Shown here one piece after another: positions 26,513 through 40,056 of a stretch of 64,000 nt of DNA. A program made the position numbers and the translations under genes. The DNA is from Callorhinchus milii (taxonomy: Eukaryota), in contig NW_024704742.1 of assembly GCF_018977255.1 (NCBI RefSeq), forward strand, positions 117,120,001 through 117,184,000, written 5' to 3'. The first letter of the stretch is position 1; the number at the start of each line of letters is the position of its first letter. The notes beneath the pieces are model-generated. The model ran no database searches. It had not been told where the DNA came from and saw only the letters and a program-made list of their open reading frames with translations.

Positions 26513-29500
26513 ACCCTGAGGAGAGTAATTAAACTGGAAAATCCACACCAAATGGCCAATTCCCTCCCTTTTCATCATGGCGTCGTATTTCCCCTTCCAC
26601 ACTGCTGGCATACCAAACATTGAGCAAATGTGGTCACCATTAGAGTGCCAGGGCATGTTTCCATCATTAAACATCCTCACTGCACTAGATGAATATGTCC
26701 TCTTCACTATCCTGCATGCGCTCCCCGTATCTCACACAATCATAGAAATTTATAGCACAGAAGGAAACCATTCAGTCCACCGATTCATTCAATCTCAGTG
26801 CCAGTTCAGATTGGAATATACTTACTAGGAAACCTTGGACATATTTTAAATAAGATTTTTTTTCAAAAAGCCCCAACATACTCTTGCTTCATAACTATAT
26901 TGATGCTTGAACTGCAAAACCACGCATCACTGGTGAAAATAGTTCTTGCAGCTTATCACTCCAGCAGCAACCCAACACAGGCTCTTGGGTCCCCAAGCCT
27001 TGGCTCTTGTCAACTCGCACCAAGTTTTGGTGGATTAGGTAATCAGGATGAGTCCCCCTGGAGAAAGCAAGTGTGCATTCCATACCGACATAAGTGCAAA
27101 CCATGCATATGTAAGACTCTCAATGCTTTTGTTTTGTTTGGAGACACTTATAGTAATGGATTTCTGCTTGTGTCAGATCCCTAGTTGATCAAAACAAAAA
27201 TCTGACAGCATTCATTGCAAAGGGATACTGCATTACAAAGAATGGTTAAGTGTCAGCACAACAACCTCACTGGAAAAGCCTTCATGCTCAAACTATCAAC
27301 CAGTATAACTGTTTTGGTTACATTAGTTGATTTACAAAATAGTATGATAAATAAATGAGGATTGATATTTTACCTAACTTCCACAGAAACTAGCGGCTTT
27401 AGTTTTATTACATGTGTATTTGTTGGCATATGAATATTTCTCAGTGGGTCACTGCCTCTGTGCATATGTTTATATGTGTGTAGCCTCTGCTTTACTCAAT
27501 TTGTGTGCTTCCTTGGCTGTGTGTCTATATATGGGTGTGGAACTATATTTGTGTACGTAACTGTGTGTTTTTCCAAGTCTGTGGGCTGATGTGAAAATTT
27601 AAATGACGTGAAATTGAATTAAAGCGCTCCAAAACGCTGTCCAACGTGAAGAGTGCTATATAAATGCAAATTATTGTTGTTGAATTACACTAATTTAGTT
27701 TTAGGACTACAGCAGTCTATGACATCCCTGGAAAGCCTGGTCGCATACAAATAACTACTCACTCCCACATGGTAGGATGTGGCCCAATTATGTCTGGTAC
27801 AATGAGTGCAGAACAGTTTCTGATGCTAATAACATAGTAGTCCATGTTTCAGTGAACAAGAAGACATAAAGGAGGATGTTGAGGGGGTGGGTGTGCCTTG
27901 CTTGCTGAGATCTCATAGTCTTGAGAAACAGGAAATGATTGATTTGGAGTAGGAAGTAATGCAGTGAGTTTTTAGAACTTGCTGGAGTACGATTCCAAGA
28001 GGAATCACATCACAGTACAGTGACAGAACAATGGTTGAGTCCTTGTATGAAGTGATGTAAAATCTATGTGGGCAATGCAGAAGTGCTAAAGAAGGGTACC
28101 AAGCAGAATCAAAGTCAGTGGTTCCCAAAACAACAGAAGCATTGAAGATAATACAGGAACCAAATAGATCTGCAATAAAACAGGAGAAATGCTATACTTT
28201 TCAGAAGCCATGAATAGTTGAGGTTGAAATGTGGGCTCCATTTTATTTAACTATTGCATGACAGCATGGCTCTGTAGGCAGAATTCTTGCCACTGGGTCA
28301 GAAAATTGATTGGTCAAGCTTCAAATTCGATCTGTACTGGGAGAACGTAGCATTGCAGAGATGTTGTACTTCAGTGATCTTAAAATAGAGTTCCCACCTG
28401 CCTGTTCATGTGTTTGTTGAAGGTCCAAAATACTATTCAAAATTAGAAGGGATTTTTTCCCCAGTGCCTTGGTAAACAATGCTCTAAATTGACTGCTGAG
28501 TTTGTCTAAAAACTAACAGTTACTAGACTTGACTGGCATTACCTGTGTTTTGATGTCATAAGCATTTTTAAAAATATTATATTGTTCTATTGCCATGGGC
28601 ATTTCACAATTTCATAAACTTTTCAAGGAGTCAATGTGAAAAATAGGAAATCGAAACTTACCACAACACAATGCCTTGGAGAATAGAGTCTTTAAAGAGG
28701 GTTAGATATACCAAGGTGAAATCGATGGAAATGTGTCCTGGGCTTTCTAAAGAATTGATGTGATCTTCAGACTATTCTGAGAACAGTTGAGAACTACTAT
28801 GATAGATAGCTTATCAGAAAAGCCAACAGGATTACATGGTCCAGGATTGTCAGTGAAATATTTCACATTGTTATCTTTTGACATTATGCTCAGCAAAGAG
28901 TAATGGTTATTTAGAGGGTCTTCTTCTTAAAGCATAGCATTTAGAATGCTCCCTATTGTAATCTACCAAGCATCTGGTAAAATCTCTACAATGCACCCAG
29001 GATTCTTCCTCCCACTTAATCATACACAGGTCGATCAAAACACAAAGCACTTGGGCAGAAGTGTACAACAGGTTTAGTTTTGTCTAATTGCCATAGCTTT
29101 ACTAGATTCAATTAGTTTCTTTAGTTTCTAGCTGCATTATAATATTGATATACTCGCGGTAGTTAAATATGGTGGCAATAAATGCTCCATGTTCCTACAA
29201 ATACTAAGGGACACGGTGAGAGGGCGGGGAAGTGGGATTAGGAGGCTATGTACTATGTAGGCAACAGATTGATTGCTTGTGATCTCCATTTACCATATGA
29301 CCTTCTCCTATTCATCGCTTCCATGCTTCTACGATGTTCAATATGATAATTAGAACACCGAATATCGTATTTTCCTTGGGAGGGAGGGGAAATAGGATAT
29401 TTATTTTAATTGTCCTATTTCACAATTAATTATCTGTTAACAGAGTCTGTTTGCTCTGGCTATATCATAATGCTGAGATCCCACACCCCCACACCCCCAC

Positions 29501-31495
29501 TCCACCCATGGGAGAAAGTTGTGACCTATGGATGCCATCCAAACAGGAGGAGAGCAGAGAGTGTAGCTTTTCTTTTCATTTTGACCATTAAAAGTATTTA
29601 CTAAGAAACTTAAGATAGACATTACAACAGATTTACTCTATTTATGTAACATTTCACAGAATCCAGAATTTGGCAAATTGTTGAAATCAGATAGATGTAA
29701 CTTTGAAGGCAGAGAACTTACAAAAAAAATTCTAAATTGAGACTGCATTTAAGAAATTATCAAAATTCTGGAATCCCTGAAATGCTAAAAAAATAAAATC
29801 CAGAAATCTGGCAATTCTAGAACCAGGTGGAATTTGTACCTATTTTTTAACTTTCATCATGTTGCACATAGCAATAAAGCCCATGTAAATGAAATTCTGA
29901 GATGGAATAAGCAAATGGTTGCGATAAATAAATTATTTGCTATTAATAGGAAAAGCAGTCTAAGCTGACACTCCGGTATAGTACTAGGGGTGGGCTTTAT
30001 TGTCAGAGGTGGATATTGTTGTTTGGGTGAAATATAAAATTAAGATCTTATTTCAGGTCCCCTCTCTATTCATGTTTATGATAAAGATCCCACAGCACCA
30101 TTCAAAAAGAGAACAATAATTTACAATTATACAGAATCCTTCACAAGGCTAATGTCTCAGAGCGTCTTAGAAAAGAGAATTTCTCCTGGTGTCCTGGCCA
30201 ACAATCCTCTAGATAAATTGATCATTCATTCCATAACTGTTTCAGCAGTCTGAGATGCTACCTTGGGTGAAGGGCATTATTTAAACGCAAGTTGTCATTG
30301 TTGTTTGTGGCCCTTCCAGTCACAAATTGGCTGCTGCATTGCATAAGTATCAGGTTACTACACTTAATTGCAAATAGCTATGAAGTGCTTTGAGACATGT
30401 TAACATTGTATGTGCTTTGTTAAATGTAAGGATTATTATTCTCACAGCCAACACCAACATTTGAGTAAGATTTGCAGGATAGAGATCCAGACATGGTTTC
30501 TTTTTCACCGCCAAGAACAGAGTATGAGGCTAATTGTCAGATGTCATTGCTGTCTGTGAAATCAAACTTGTAACCATTCTGATGTGCATGACTTCATACC
30601 AAACCATGTGTTGCATTTATGGACTGAAGCATTGGAAGAATTACATCTTCAACATTTCCTATCTGGCGTCACTGCAGATTATCCTGTAATGACCTCTTTC
30701 AATGGCTTAGTTGGTAAACCACTGTCCATTTTGAAACTGAGTCCTGCATTCTCAGAACAGCTCAATTATAATCTCTACCCTGTGCTGAGTTAACTGTTCT
30801 TAGCTGTAGCAGCAATTAGATCGCTGCAATTAACAACAACAACAAGAAGATTACATTTGTATAGCGCCTTTCACGTCGGGAGGACGTCCCAAGGCGCTGG
30901 AACCTCAAGACAAGAGGTTAGAGAAGGTAAAATAGCTATCCAGCACCCCCTTCTGGATAGCGTTTCACCCAAAAAATATACAGTCAATTCCCATTACAAT
31001 ATATCCTGTGAAAAGCTTTGAGACATCTCAAGACGTGATAAGATGCTTATATTAAATCCAAGGAATATTGTTATTATAGATCTAACGTAACAACAACAAT
31101 TTACATTTATATAGCAGCCTTCACATGAGGTAGCATCTCAGAGCACTTTAAGGACATTGGAGGGACATGACAAGGATTGGCTGTGATAACTTTCCTCAGT
31201 TAACTAGCCTGCTGACACTCATTACCAGGGGAAACAGGATGGTCACTTATTTGGTGTATTAGAGGGCAAAAGATACCAATGGAACAGGAGTCCAGAATCA
31301 ATGAGAAGAGAGAACGGGAGAAATTGAAACGGAAAATACGAATGTTGACTTTTGAGGGGGTAAATTCTAAAACAAGTTCGCTTTGAAAATGATATGTCAT
31401 TTCAACTAACCATATCAATGGCTACTTACTGGTTTAATAATTGAAAAATATTATTTTTCATATTTGAAACTAAAAAGATTTTTTCGGTATTGCAG

Positions 31496-31676
31496 GCAGT
31501 ATCGTGTATGTCGGCATGATGTTGGGGGCGTTTTTCTGGGGCGGATTAGCAGACAAGATGGGTCGACGGCAATCTCTCATCATCTGCATGTCCCTCAATG
31601 GGTTCTTCGCTTTTCTTTCATCCTTCGTCCAGGGTTATGGACTCTTCCTCTTCTGTCGATTCTTCGCTGGATTTGG
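31496..31676 (+). CDS. SV2C: SV2C internal coding exon A (181 bp, phase 1 to 2): (G)SIVYVGMMLGAFFWGGLADKMGRRQSLIICMSLNGFFAFLSSFVQGYGLFLFCRFFAGF(G)
   Basis: Manual translation. Acceptor ttgcag|, donor |gtaaga. Carries MFS motif A (GGLADKMGRR). Matches the SV2 TM2-TM4 region as I recall it; GSIVY and GAFFWGG favour SV2C over SV2A/B. Confidence 0.95.
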
Positions 31677-32539
31677 GTAAGATTGGCTGGCTTGTTATTC
31701 CATCTCCTACTAAGGTTTTCATTCCCCGAACGCTGGCAAGCTGTCACTTAAACAGAAGTGTAATATGTGACAATTTCTAATGGGATCCCTTATTATGGAA
31801 AGTAGAAGGATGTCATGCTGTCATGTTGGAACTCCATATGAAACAATCTATTTTGAAGCAGTGTGAGTGAGTGACATATATTTGTTCAGGTGATATAAAA
31901 ATTCTCATGGCACGAGTCAAAGAGAGAAGGGTGTTTCTCCCAGTGTCCCCGGCCAACAGTCTCCTGATAAAATTGACCATTAACCTTCTGACTGTTTGTT
32001 GGTAGTTGTTGTGTGAAATTGGCTAATGTGTTCGCCTATAAATACAAAGTTACATCACTTTACAGTGCAATCCTGTGAAGCACTTTGTGACATTTTAATA
32101 GTGTGATAAGGCATAGTATCAAATGCAATGATCATTATTATTACATTTGATTACTGGAAGGAGGTTTCACGCAGAAATTCAGTGAGAAATTAGCCCCTAT
32201 AGTACAAGCAGTATCTCATTAAAATTCATGCCTATTGTTGCCTATAAAAATCTGAGTAAGGAATTCCTTTGCTGGAATAAAACAAGGTCCACCTCGAAAA
32301 AAAGGACACTTAAGCAGTCCATGATGTTATACGCTTTGAGAAGGCACAAGGCCTTTGAACCACTTTTTCCTCAATTGCCATTGCCTAAATATTGGTACCG
32401 GATCTGGGAAAAAAGATCAGGAACAAGTTATCTGACAGTCACTCTCTTTTCCTGGCCTCCACTTTTGTTATTTAGGTATTAGATCATATTGAAAATTATG
32501 TTAAATGATAGTCAATTGCATACAGGTGTGTGGGTTGCG

Positions 32540-32758
32540 GATTGAGTGACCAAATTATTATTTATTTATTTTGGAGGGGATTTTATTCCTCAGGAAAGCG
32601 ATCTGCCAATTGACTAAAACACAAGTTCGCACTTACTGCAGGGTAAGCAGAGGGGTATAGAGTAAGAAAACTTGCCTAAGATTTCGCCCTGACCAGGAAT
32701 CGAGCCAGGGTCCACTCGCTTGCGAGGCGAGGCTCTAAATAATGTGCTATGGGACTCC
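32540..32758 (-). mobile_element. tRNA-derived SINE (5' part), same family as 58726-59078
   Basis: ttcgccctgaccaggaatcgagccagggtc..cgcttgcgag..ggactcc is the reverse complement of the family head. Confidence 0.75.
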
Positions 32759-33539
32759 ACAGAAATGCCATTCTCCTTTCTAGTAGTGCCAAGTTATCTT
32801 TAACACCCATCTATACAGCCAGACCAGACCTCAGGTTAATGTCTCATTTGAAGGATGGTAACTCGAGCAAAGCATTACACGTAGACTGTGAACTCAAACA
32901 TCTTAAGACCTGAACTTATAACAACAAAAAATTACATTTGTATAGCACCTTGCACATCGGGAGGACGTCCCAAGGTGCTGATACGTTTATAACCTTCAGA
33001 TTCAGAACAAGAGTACTACCATTTGAGCCAGGCTGACACGTGGGAGAGAAGTGAATAAAACATAAAGTACAGAATATAATTGCAAGAATTTCTTGAACAT
33101 TGTTAAAAGTCCTGTGATGGAACAAACATGTATTCCCTCAGAGGTGGGGGTGATATTGTTGATACATTTTGCTTACTGTAAAACCATTTAAAGTAAATTT
33201 CAGATTGATTCCGTATGTGTTTGCAGCAAATCATTACAGTGAATATATATATCTGGGGAAATGCACCTTGGGGAATTGCATGTGCACTTAAGCATATTAG
33301 AATTGTGATGCATTGAGTGTGTGCCTTGAAGTTGACATCAGATTATGTTGTGCAGTGCTCCTGCTAATGCACCAAATTTGTGCTGCAGTCTGTTGTTACA
33401 ATCTAACAAGTATTGTTTTTAATTTTAAGTGTTCACATATCCCAACATCCCAGCCATCTGCTGGCCCAATCCCTCACAGTCCTCCCTCCCTCCGTTTTGA
33501 TCATTTTCCAGCTCACCCCATCCTATTCTACCATCCAGT

Positions 33540-33871
33540 GGAGAAACTATTTACACTGGTGGGTGGGCCAGTAACCGGAGGACACCGATTTAAAATAGTT
33601 GTTAAAAGAAACAGAGGGGAGGTGAGGAGAAATTTTTTCACACAGCGAGTTGTTCGGATCTGGAATGCATTTCCTGAAAGCGTGGTGGAATCCGATTTGA
33701 TAACAACTTTTAAGAGAGAAGTAGATAATTATTTGGGGAGGACAAGTTTGCAGGGCTATGGGGAGAGAGCGGAGGAGAGGGATTGAATTGGAAGCTCTTT
33801 TCAAAGAGCCAGCACAGACACGATGGGCCAAATGGCCTCCTTCTGTGCTGTATAATTCTATGATTCTATGA
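33540..33871 (+). mobile_element. CR1 LINE 3' end
   Basis: KLFTL..TGGHRFK..RRNFFTQRVVRIWNAFP..FKREVD, then gggccaaatggcctccttctgtgctg and (attctatg)2. Confidence 0.92.
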
Positions 33872-33912
33872 TACCCCTCCAAGCCTATCTCCATTCCTAG
33901 CCCATATCCTTT

Positions 33913-34152
33913 CGGCGAAACCTCAGGCAAGTTTCCTCACTCCACACGCTTCTGTTTACCTAGCATTAAGAAGAAATCCGGCTGTTAGCCAATTGGCGGA
34001 TCACTTTCTGGAGATAATAACTGCTTTAAATAAATAAATAAACAAACAAACAAACAAACAAACATTCACTTTAGAATATATACTCTGAAGCGCTTTGAGT
34101 TGTCTCAACTACATGATAAGGTGCTATATCAAATGCAAGGATTAATATTATT
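33913..34152 (+). mobile_element. 5'-truncated tRNA-derived SINE with internal (TAAA)n(CAAA)n
   Basis: ggcgaaacc..ggcaagtttcctcactccacacgc..gtttacctagca matches the 58726 family; tail atcaaatgcaaggatt. Confidence 0.8.
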
Positions 34153-34776
34153 ATCCGTACCAGCCAACCACCCATCCACCCCAACTCCCACCTTTCACCT
34201 TATTATCTCATTCACCCAACCCAGCCCACCTCCCATTCATCCCCTCTCCCAGCCTGACATACCTGTACACCACCTGTTATTTAGTCCATTGACTGCTTCC
34301 ATTTCTAACCCACTTTTGCTCCCAATCCACACTCATTCCACTTCCACTTTCGCTAACACTCCCATGCCCACTCTACCTCCACTTCTGCAACTTCACTCCC
34401 AACCTGCCACATTCAATATCATCCAAGCAAACAGTGCTGGCATTAAAATACTCTGCTCTGCGTACTTTGACAAATGCAAAATTTACAACAGATTGGCGCT
34501 TAATGGCCTTTAACAAAAGCTTGATGAGCTTCAGTTCCTGTTTTTATTTGTTGCAGGCAATAAAAAAATTTCAATGCTAACATTTGAAGAGTTGAATTTT
34601 TACACTAACGCCTTATTCCCACTATCAATTACATTGCTTGCCAAGGTCAGAGTACCATTCTGTAACGGAGGGTTATCATGCCCAACGTAAAAAATCCGGC
34701 ATGCACTAAAAATTATATCTCATAAATCAAGGACCAGGGATCAAGGATTTTGCCAGCACTGCATGAAGATCTACAT

Positions 34777-35217
34777 AATAATCCTTGCCTTTGATACAGC
34801 TCTGTTCATATCAGGAGGACGTCTTAGGCAATTCACATCATTTACTGTAAAGTGTAGTGATTGTGTATTTGTAGGCGAATGTTGCAGTCATTTTGGACAC
34901 AGCAATCAATGTCTCACAAACAGCTATGAAAGGAATGACTAATTTAATCTGGGAAATTGTTAGCTTGGAGACGAGATTTCAAATAGTGCCTGAGGATCTT
35001 TAACTTCTACCTGAATAGGCAAACAGTACCTCGGTTTAATGTCTCATCTGAAGGATGGCACCTCCAGCAATGCAGCAATATATTGAATTGTCAGCTTGGG
35101 CTGCCAGCACTGTAATGAATTGTCAGCCTAGGCTGTGAGTTCAGCGTTCCGAGGTGGTGCTTGAACCCACAACCTTCTGACTCAGAGTTGAGACTGCTGC
35201 CAACTGAGCCAGGCTGA
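34777..35217 (-). mobile_element. Deu-domain-type SINE, near full length
   Basis: cctcggtttaatgtctcatctgaaggatggcacctcc body; head cttgaacccacaaccttctgactcagag..caactgagccaggctgac. Confidence 0.82.
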
Positions 35218-37303
35218 CCCCTGCAATGGCTGATGGGAGAAATTCCCATGCAGGTAATCTGAAGAGAAATTAAATAATGCATTTTAGGGAGTCAAAGCGA
35301 AACTGTAACAGTAAAAAAAATGTCATTCTTAATGAGATAAGGCGCATCATCAAATGCAAGTATTATTCTATTTATTTATTTGTTTGCTTGTTTGTTTGTT
35401 TGTGTAGATATTTATTTATATATATTATGTGAACACAAGGGCATGATTTCATGATGTAACTGCAATGCGGTGGAGATTGAAAAACTGAAATGATCAAAAC
35501 TCCCAGTTGTCAAAAAACTTGAAATAAAAACAGAATTCACAAAGATGCCTGCTGCTCGCTGGAGCTGTGACATAGAATCCTTTCCTATATTGTAGTGTTC
35601 AAAGTTGTAATTCCAAGGCTGAAGAGGCTATTATTTCATATTTAGAATACCCACACTGCGAGTTGCTAAGATGCAAAAGGTTCACTGAATGTTTAGCCAC
35701 TGCACACAAAAGTGAGGCACTCAACACAGAGAATCACATCATTATTCAAAGTTTCTCGTTCCCAGCAATGTGCTAACCTCATGGAAGTGTCTCCACATTT
35801 GTGATGTAAGCTACATTGTTTTCATATTGAGTGTCTCTTTCAGAGCCTGATTTATGCATTTCATTATCCAGTGTAGGTCAGGCCCTTGAGTGATCCTCTG
35901 TCTATAAGCATACATTTTTAAATCTCCAACTCTCCTTCAATGTGTCTTATTTGGCACCTTTCCTGCTCCATTGAAATTTTTATATCCTTCTCTCCTGCAA
36001 GGACTGACTCATATTGGCTGCCCTCGGCTACCTCACTGAAATAGCCATTTTCATGTTTGAGTCTAGACAATGAATGTTATCAAGCTGTGAGGCTGTGGGC
36101 ACATCACAGCAAAGACTGATCCTCCCCTTACCCTTTGGAACAGAGATGACTTGATATTGATCAGATGTGGGAGTGCTGCCTGCTTTTTTCTTCTCCCGAA
36201 ACCCAGGGGCATTGAGATTACTGAGCATCCCAGTAATATCCCAGCACAGAATACTGGATAGAAGATGTGGGAATTCTGCTTACACATCAAAAGGAGAATA
36301 TAAGCAAGACAATTCCACTGAATATAAATATCTGTGAACAAACCATTCTCTGTGGATGTGCTACGGATTCCAACTTCACAATCCTGTGCACTAACCATTA
36401 TTGGAATATTATTTTAAAAGAGAGTAAGTGAGAATAAAAAAATGTTTGTGTGTAATTGACAGAGATCTGGATAAGACATTAACTGTATCTCTTTGTAAAC
36501 CTCACCTCAAATTCAGTAAATCGTCCGTGACAATTCTTTTATTATAGTGCATTCTATCAACCCTGGAATTAGTTAAGTATTTTAGTCATTTATCTAAATA
36601 TTGACAGTTCTAATTCGACAAAATGAGAGAGGTTATTGATAATTTGTCTCTTAAATGGAGAAAGAAAGCCAACATTTTTTTTAGTGTCCGAATCTGGATT
36701 GGTCCATGTGGAAACTTGCACACCGCACTGTCTCTCCAAAAGGTTATTTTTGCGGGTAACTGAAATAACTCCCCGGTCAGCTTAGAAAGTGCAGCAGCTA
36801 TGAAGGGCATTCAATAAGGCAAAGCCAGATGCAAAATTGTGGTAAATTTAAATGACAGATCTCCTCATACCTATGGGAATTTCCTGTAAAATGTATACAA
36901 GTACATTTTTCAATGAGAATGCAGTAGGTAGCACAAGGACATCTTAAAAATATAAGGTAATTTTATGATTCAGAGTTCTATAGGGGCAGAGAGTGAATTG
37001 ATTCTGTGTATTTATGTGTGAAAGAGGAAGGTGAGTTTCTGAAAGCTTGCAAATGTTAAATATTTTGTCTGAGATGATGCACCAGAGATTCATGGCATTA
37101 AAGAATTCCACTGAGTCAGAATAATGCAGCATTTGTGATATAATGCCTCACTGGGAGTCACTGCACTCATCCTATAATTTGGGCTTTACAATCAGTGATA
37201 ACATAATTACATTCACGTGCAAGAGAAAACAATGAGGTGTACAATTAATTGTACCTTTTCCCTGAAGCCTAACCTCAGTATGTGTCTCGTTTTGATAACC
37301 CAG

Positions 37304-37455
37304 GATTGGAGGAGCAGTTCCAGTGGTATTCACCTATTTTGCTGAGGTCCTGGCTCGGGAGAAGCGTGGGGAGCACTTGAGCTGGCTCTGCATGTTCTGG
37401 ATGATCGGAGGGATCTATGCATCGGCCATGGCTTGGGCCATCATCCCTCACTACG
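37304..37455 (+). CDS. SV2C: SV2C internal coding exon B (152 bp, phase 2 to 1): IGGAVPVVFTYFAEVLAREKRGEHLSWLCMFWMIGGIYASAMAWAIIPHY(G)
   Basis: Acceptor cccag|, donor |gtagga. The GG ending exon A plus the first G gives Gly in frame. EKRGEHLSWLCMFWMIGG is the SV2 family signature. Confidence 0.96.
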
Positions 37456-40056
37456 GTAGGACAACAAGAGCATGAATGGCCTGCAGTCACCTAAATGCTG
37501 CACACAGTGCTGGATGTTTTGTGTGTCTGCATGAGTTGAGAGGTATGAGGGGGGGGATTGGGGGTGGGGAGATGTGGAGTGGATGAATCAGGCTCCTAAG
37601 AGAAACAATGATACTCTTTCAGGGAACACATTCAAAAAATATGTATATTCTTGGGAACAGTTTTGGAGGTTACAGGTTATGGTTATAGATGCAATAGTGC
37701 TCACAGCATATTTCCTCAGTTTGGAAACGGGTGCTTCTTAAGACCTGTAGAAGCTAGTTTCTACAGGTCTTAAAAAGCTCTAATTTCCAAACTGAGGTTG
37801 AACTTAGAACAATTCTACATAGTCTTAAACATTTAAGACAAAATGATCTTCTAGTAGGCATTCTGCATACATGCTAGCCTTCAAAATAGACAGTCACTAC
37901 GCTTTGCAGTAAATCTTATCAAGTGCTTTGAGATGTCTTTCTGATGTGAAAGGCACTATATTAAATGTAAGGATTATTATTTTCATTATCTTACATTCAA
38001 TAGAATTTCGGTCTACGGAAGTCATGTTCCATGCATCCTTAGCAGCTTGTTGCATAACACAGCTTTTCAAAAGCAATGAGTGGAATTTCTCTCCTTTAAC
38101 GTAGAAGAGAGAAAGGAAGGAGGCCTAAAGGCACATTTTCAGTCAGTTGTGAAACATGACGGTAATTTTGTTTGGTGGAATGGGAATTGGACTGAAAGCA
38201 CTGAACCCTTGTTATTTAGGACCCCTTAAAAGCCACCAGAGAACAGAGCCTTTCATGCCTTCCTTCTGAGCTGGATTTCAAATCGTGCCCCAGAGGTGAA
38301 GGGATAGTCCCTAACCTAGTGTGTAATCCTCTTGCTTTGATGGTACTCTTCCACTTAGCATGCGACATGCCGTAATTGATTATCCACACGCTATTGCCTT
38401 TGTGTTATTTTACATCTGAATTATAGTCAATTCCACTGGATTGAAATACACACAAAATCAAATGCTAAGAGCTAGACCATTTCCTTTGTAATGTATTGTT
38501 CATTATTTTCGGCCTGTAGAGAAGCTCAGAAAGTAATAATTCTTGTAAGATTTAGCAACCAGGAGAGCGGGGAGCTCAGCACCTCCCTCCCACCCAGGCA
38601 GATGGTGGCAGCTTTAAGTCCAGAGCTACTTGTCGCTTGAGCTCATTATCTCCACCGGGAATGACATTTGCAGCTTTCAATCAGGTCACCAGTTACAGCC
38701 CCTTACTGTACAGGAACAGCAGCAAAAACAACCAGGCCACTTGTCTTGGTTTGGGCTGCTAGATGGATCAGTGAGCAGAATTATGGAAGCCATGGGATAA
38801 TGTGTGTCACCGTCTACTTTGTTCTCCCAGCTGAACAAGGCTGCAGGAATGTATGGCTTGTTTCAGAAGTGCAAAGATAAAATATTAACTAAGGGATATA
38901 ACCCCTCCCCTTTTGAAAAAAAATAATGGAACATACTCATGGATAGAAAGAACCATTTGGAAATTCCTGGGAGAGGAACACAAACTACATTGCACCAAGT
39001 TTTATGTTTAAAGGGACTGGCCAACTTCACCAAAGTCAAAATTGGTTGGAATTGGCCGTTTTATTCTTTTCCCAGTTTTCTCCACTCCTATCCAGAAACA
39101 GTTTCATGTGTCCTGGCTGTCCTACTATAACTTACCTGATCTTCCATCAAATGCTAAACAGTGTTATGAACCATGAGAGGAAGGGAGCATTTTGTTCTCA
39201 CTGAACATTGACAAACAGTAACTTTCCAGTAGAGGTTACTAGGCAATGAGGGTGAGTTTTCCTATATCTAGCTCGGGCACATGAGGAAAATCATAGCATT
39301 CATATTGCTGAGATAAACTAAACTTAGCACACGCAAGGGACCGAACATGGGGCCTTCTGGCCTACATGATTCAATCTCGTACCAGCTCGGGCATTCACCC
39401 ACTGACTTACGTTTTTTCATACTGAACCTCTTGCTATTTTCACAGTTGCTTCACCTCACGTTGCTTGTCAGAGTGTTGACACCTAGTTTTCTGGGACAGG
39501 TGCAGGTCATGGTGCAAAATGCAAGTGCTCCAAGCGACTGATTTTTTGCAGTGTCAGCAATGCAGTCAGTGTAATGTGGCAGTAAAATAAAGGAAGGGAA
39601 AACCCAACACATCAGCTGAAAGAAAAAACAAGCTCTTTCAAGACAAGATATGAAAGCGCAGAATGTACAAAATTGAAGTGATCCACTAAATAAATGTCTT
39701 TTAAAATGAGATCTAGGAGGTAAAAAGAGCCTGAGCCATATTAAAACATTTCTAAAAAGTAGCTAATACATAAAGAGGGTTGGTGAGAATGAACTCGAGA
39801 TAAATCACATTATTTCAGTCAAGTGAAAGCTTCCTATAGGTTTCATACATCATCTCTTCCTGTTGAAAATATCCCTGTCGAATACTTTTCATTTCATTCT
39901 TTTTAATAATTTGGGAGAGGAAACTGTTGTTTTGTATCCAACAGTATGTCTCACCTGGAGTTTCGGCACTAACCCAAACTGGAGAAAAAGAACCTGAGCC
40001 ATATTAAAACATTTCTAAAGATTAGTTAATACATAAAGAGGGTCGGTGAGAGTGAA

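Noticed and set aside
1..31495. Upstream SV2C coding exon or a nested gene
   Set aside because: I found no SV2 N-terminal or TM1 coding sequence and no other spliceable coding exons; small or non-coding exons cannot be excluded by eye.
31464..31780. Track ORFs 31464..31751 and 31598..31780
   Set aside because: These are alternative frames over SV2C exon A; the true frame is defined by splice sites and SV2 homology.
37268..37303. U12-type intron or alternative acceptor (cctaac..ctcag) before exon B
   Set aside because: The upstream donor is a standard gtaaga, and the AG at 37277-37278 would add 25 nt and shift the frame.
37275..37490. Antisense 71-aa ORF over exon B
   Set aside because: A shadow of the coding exon with no independent support.
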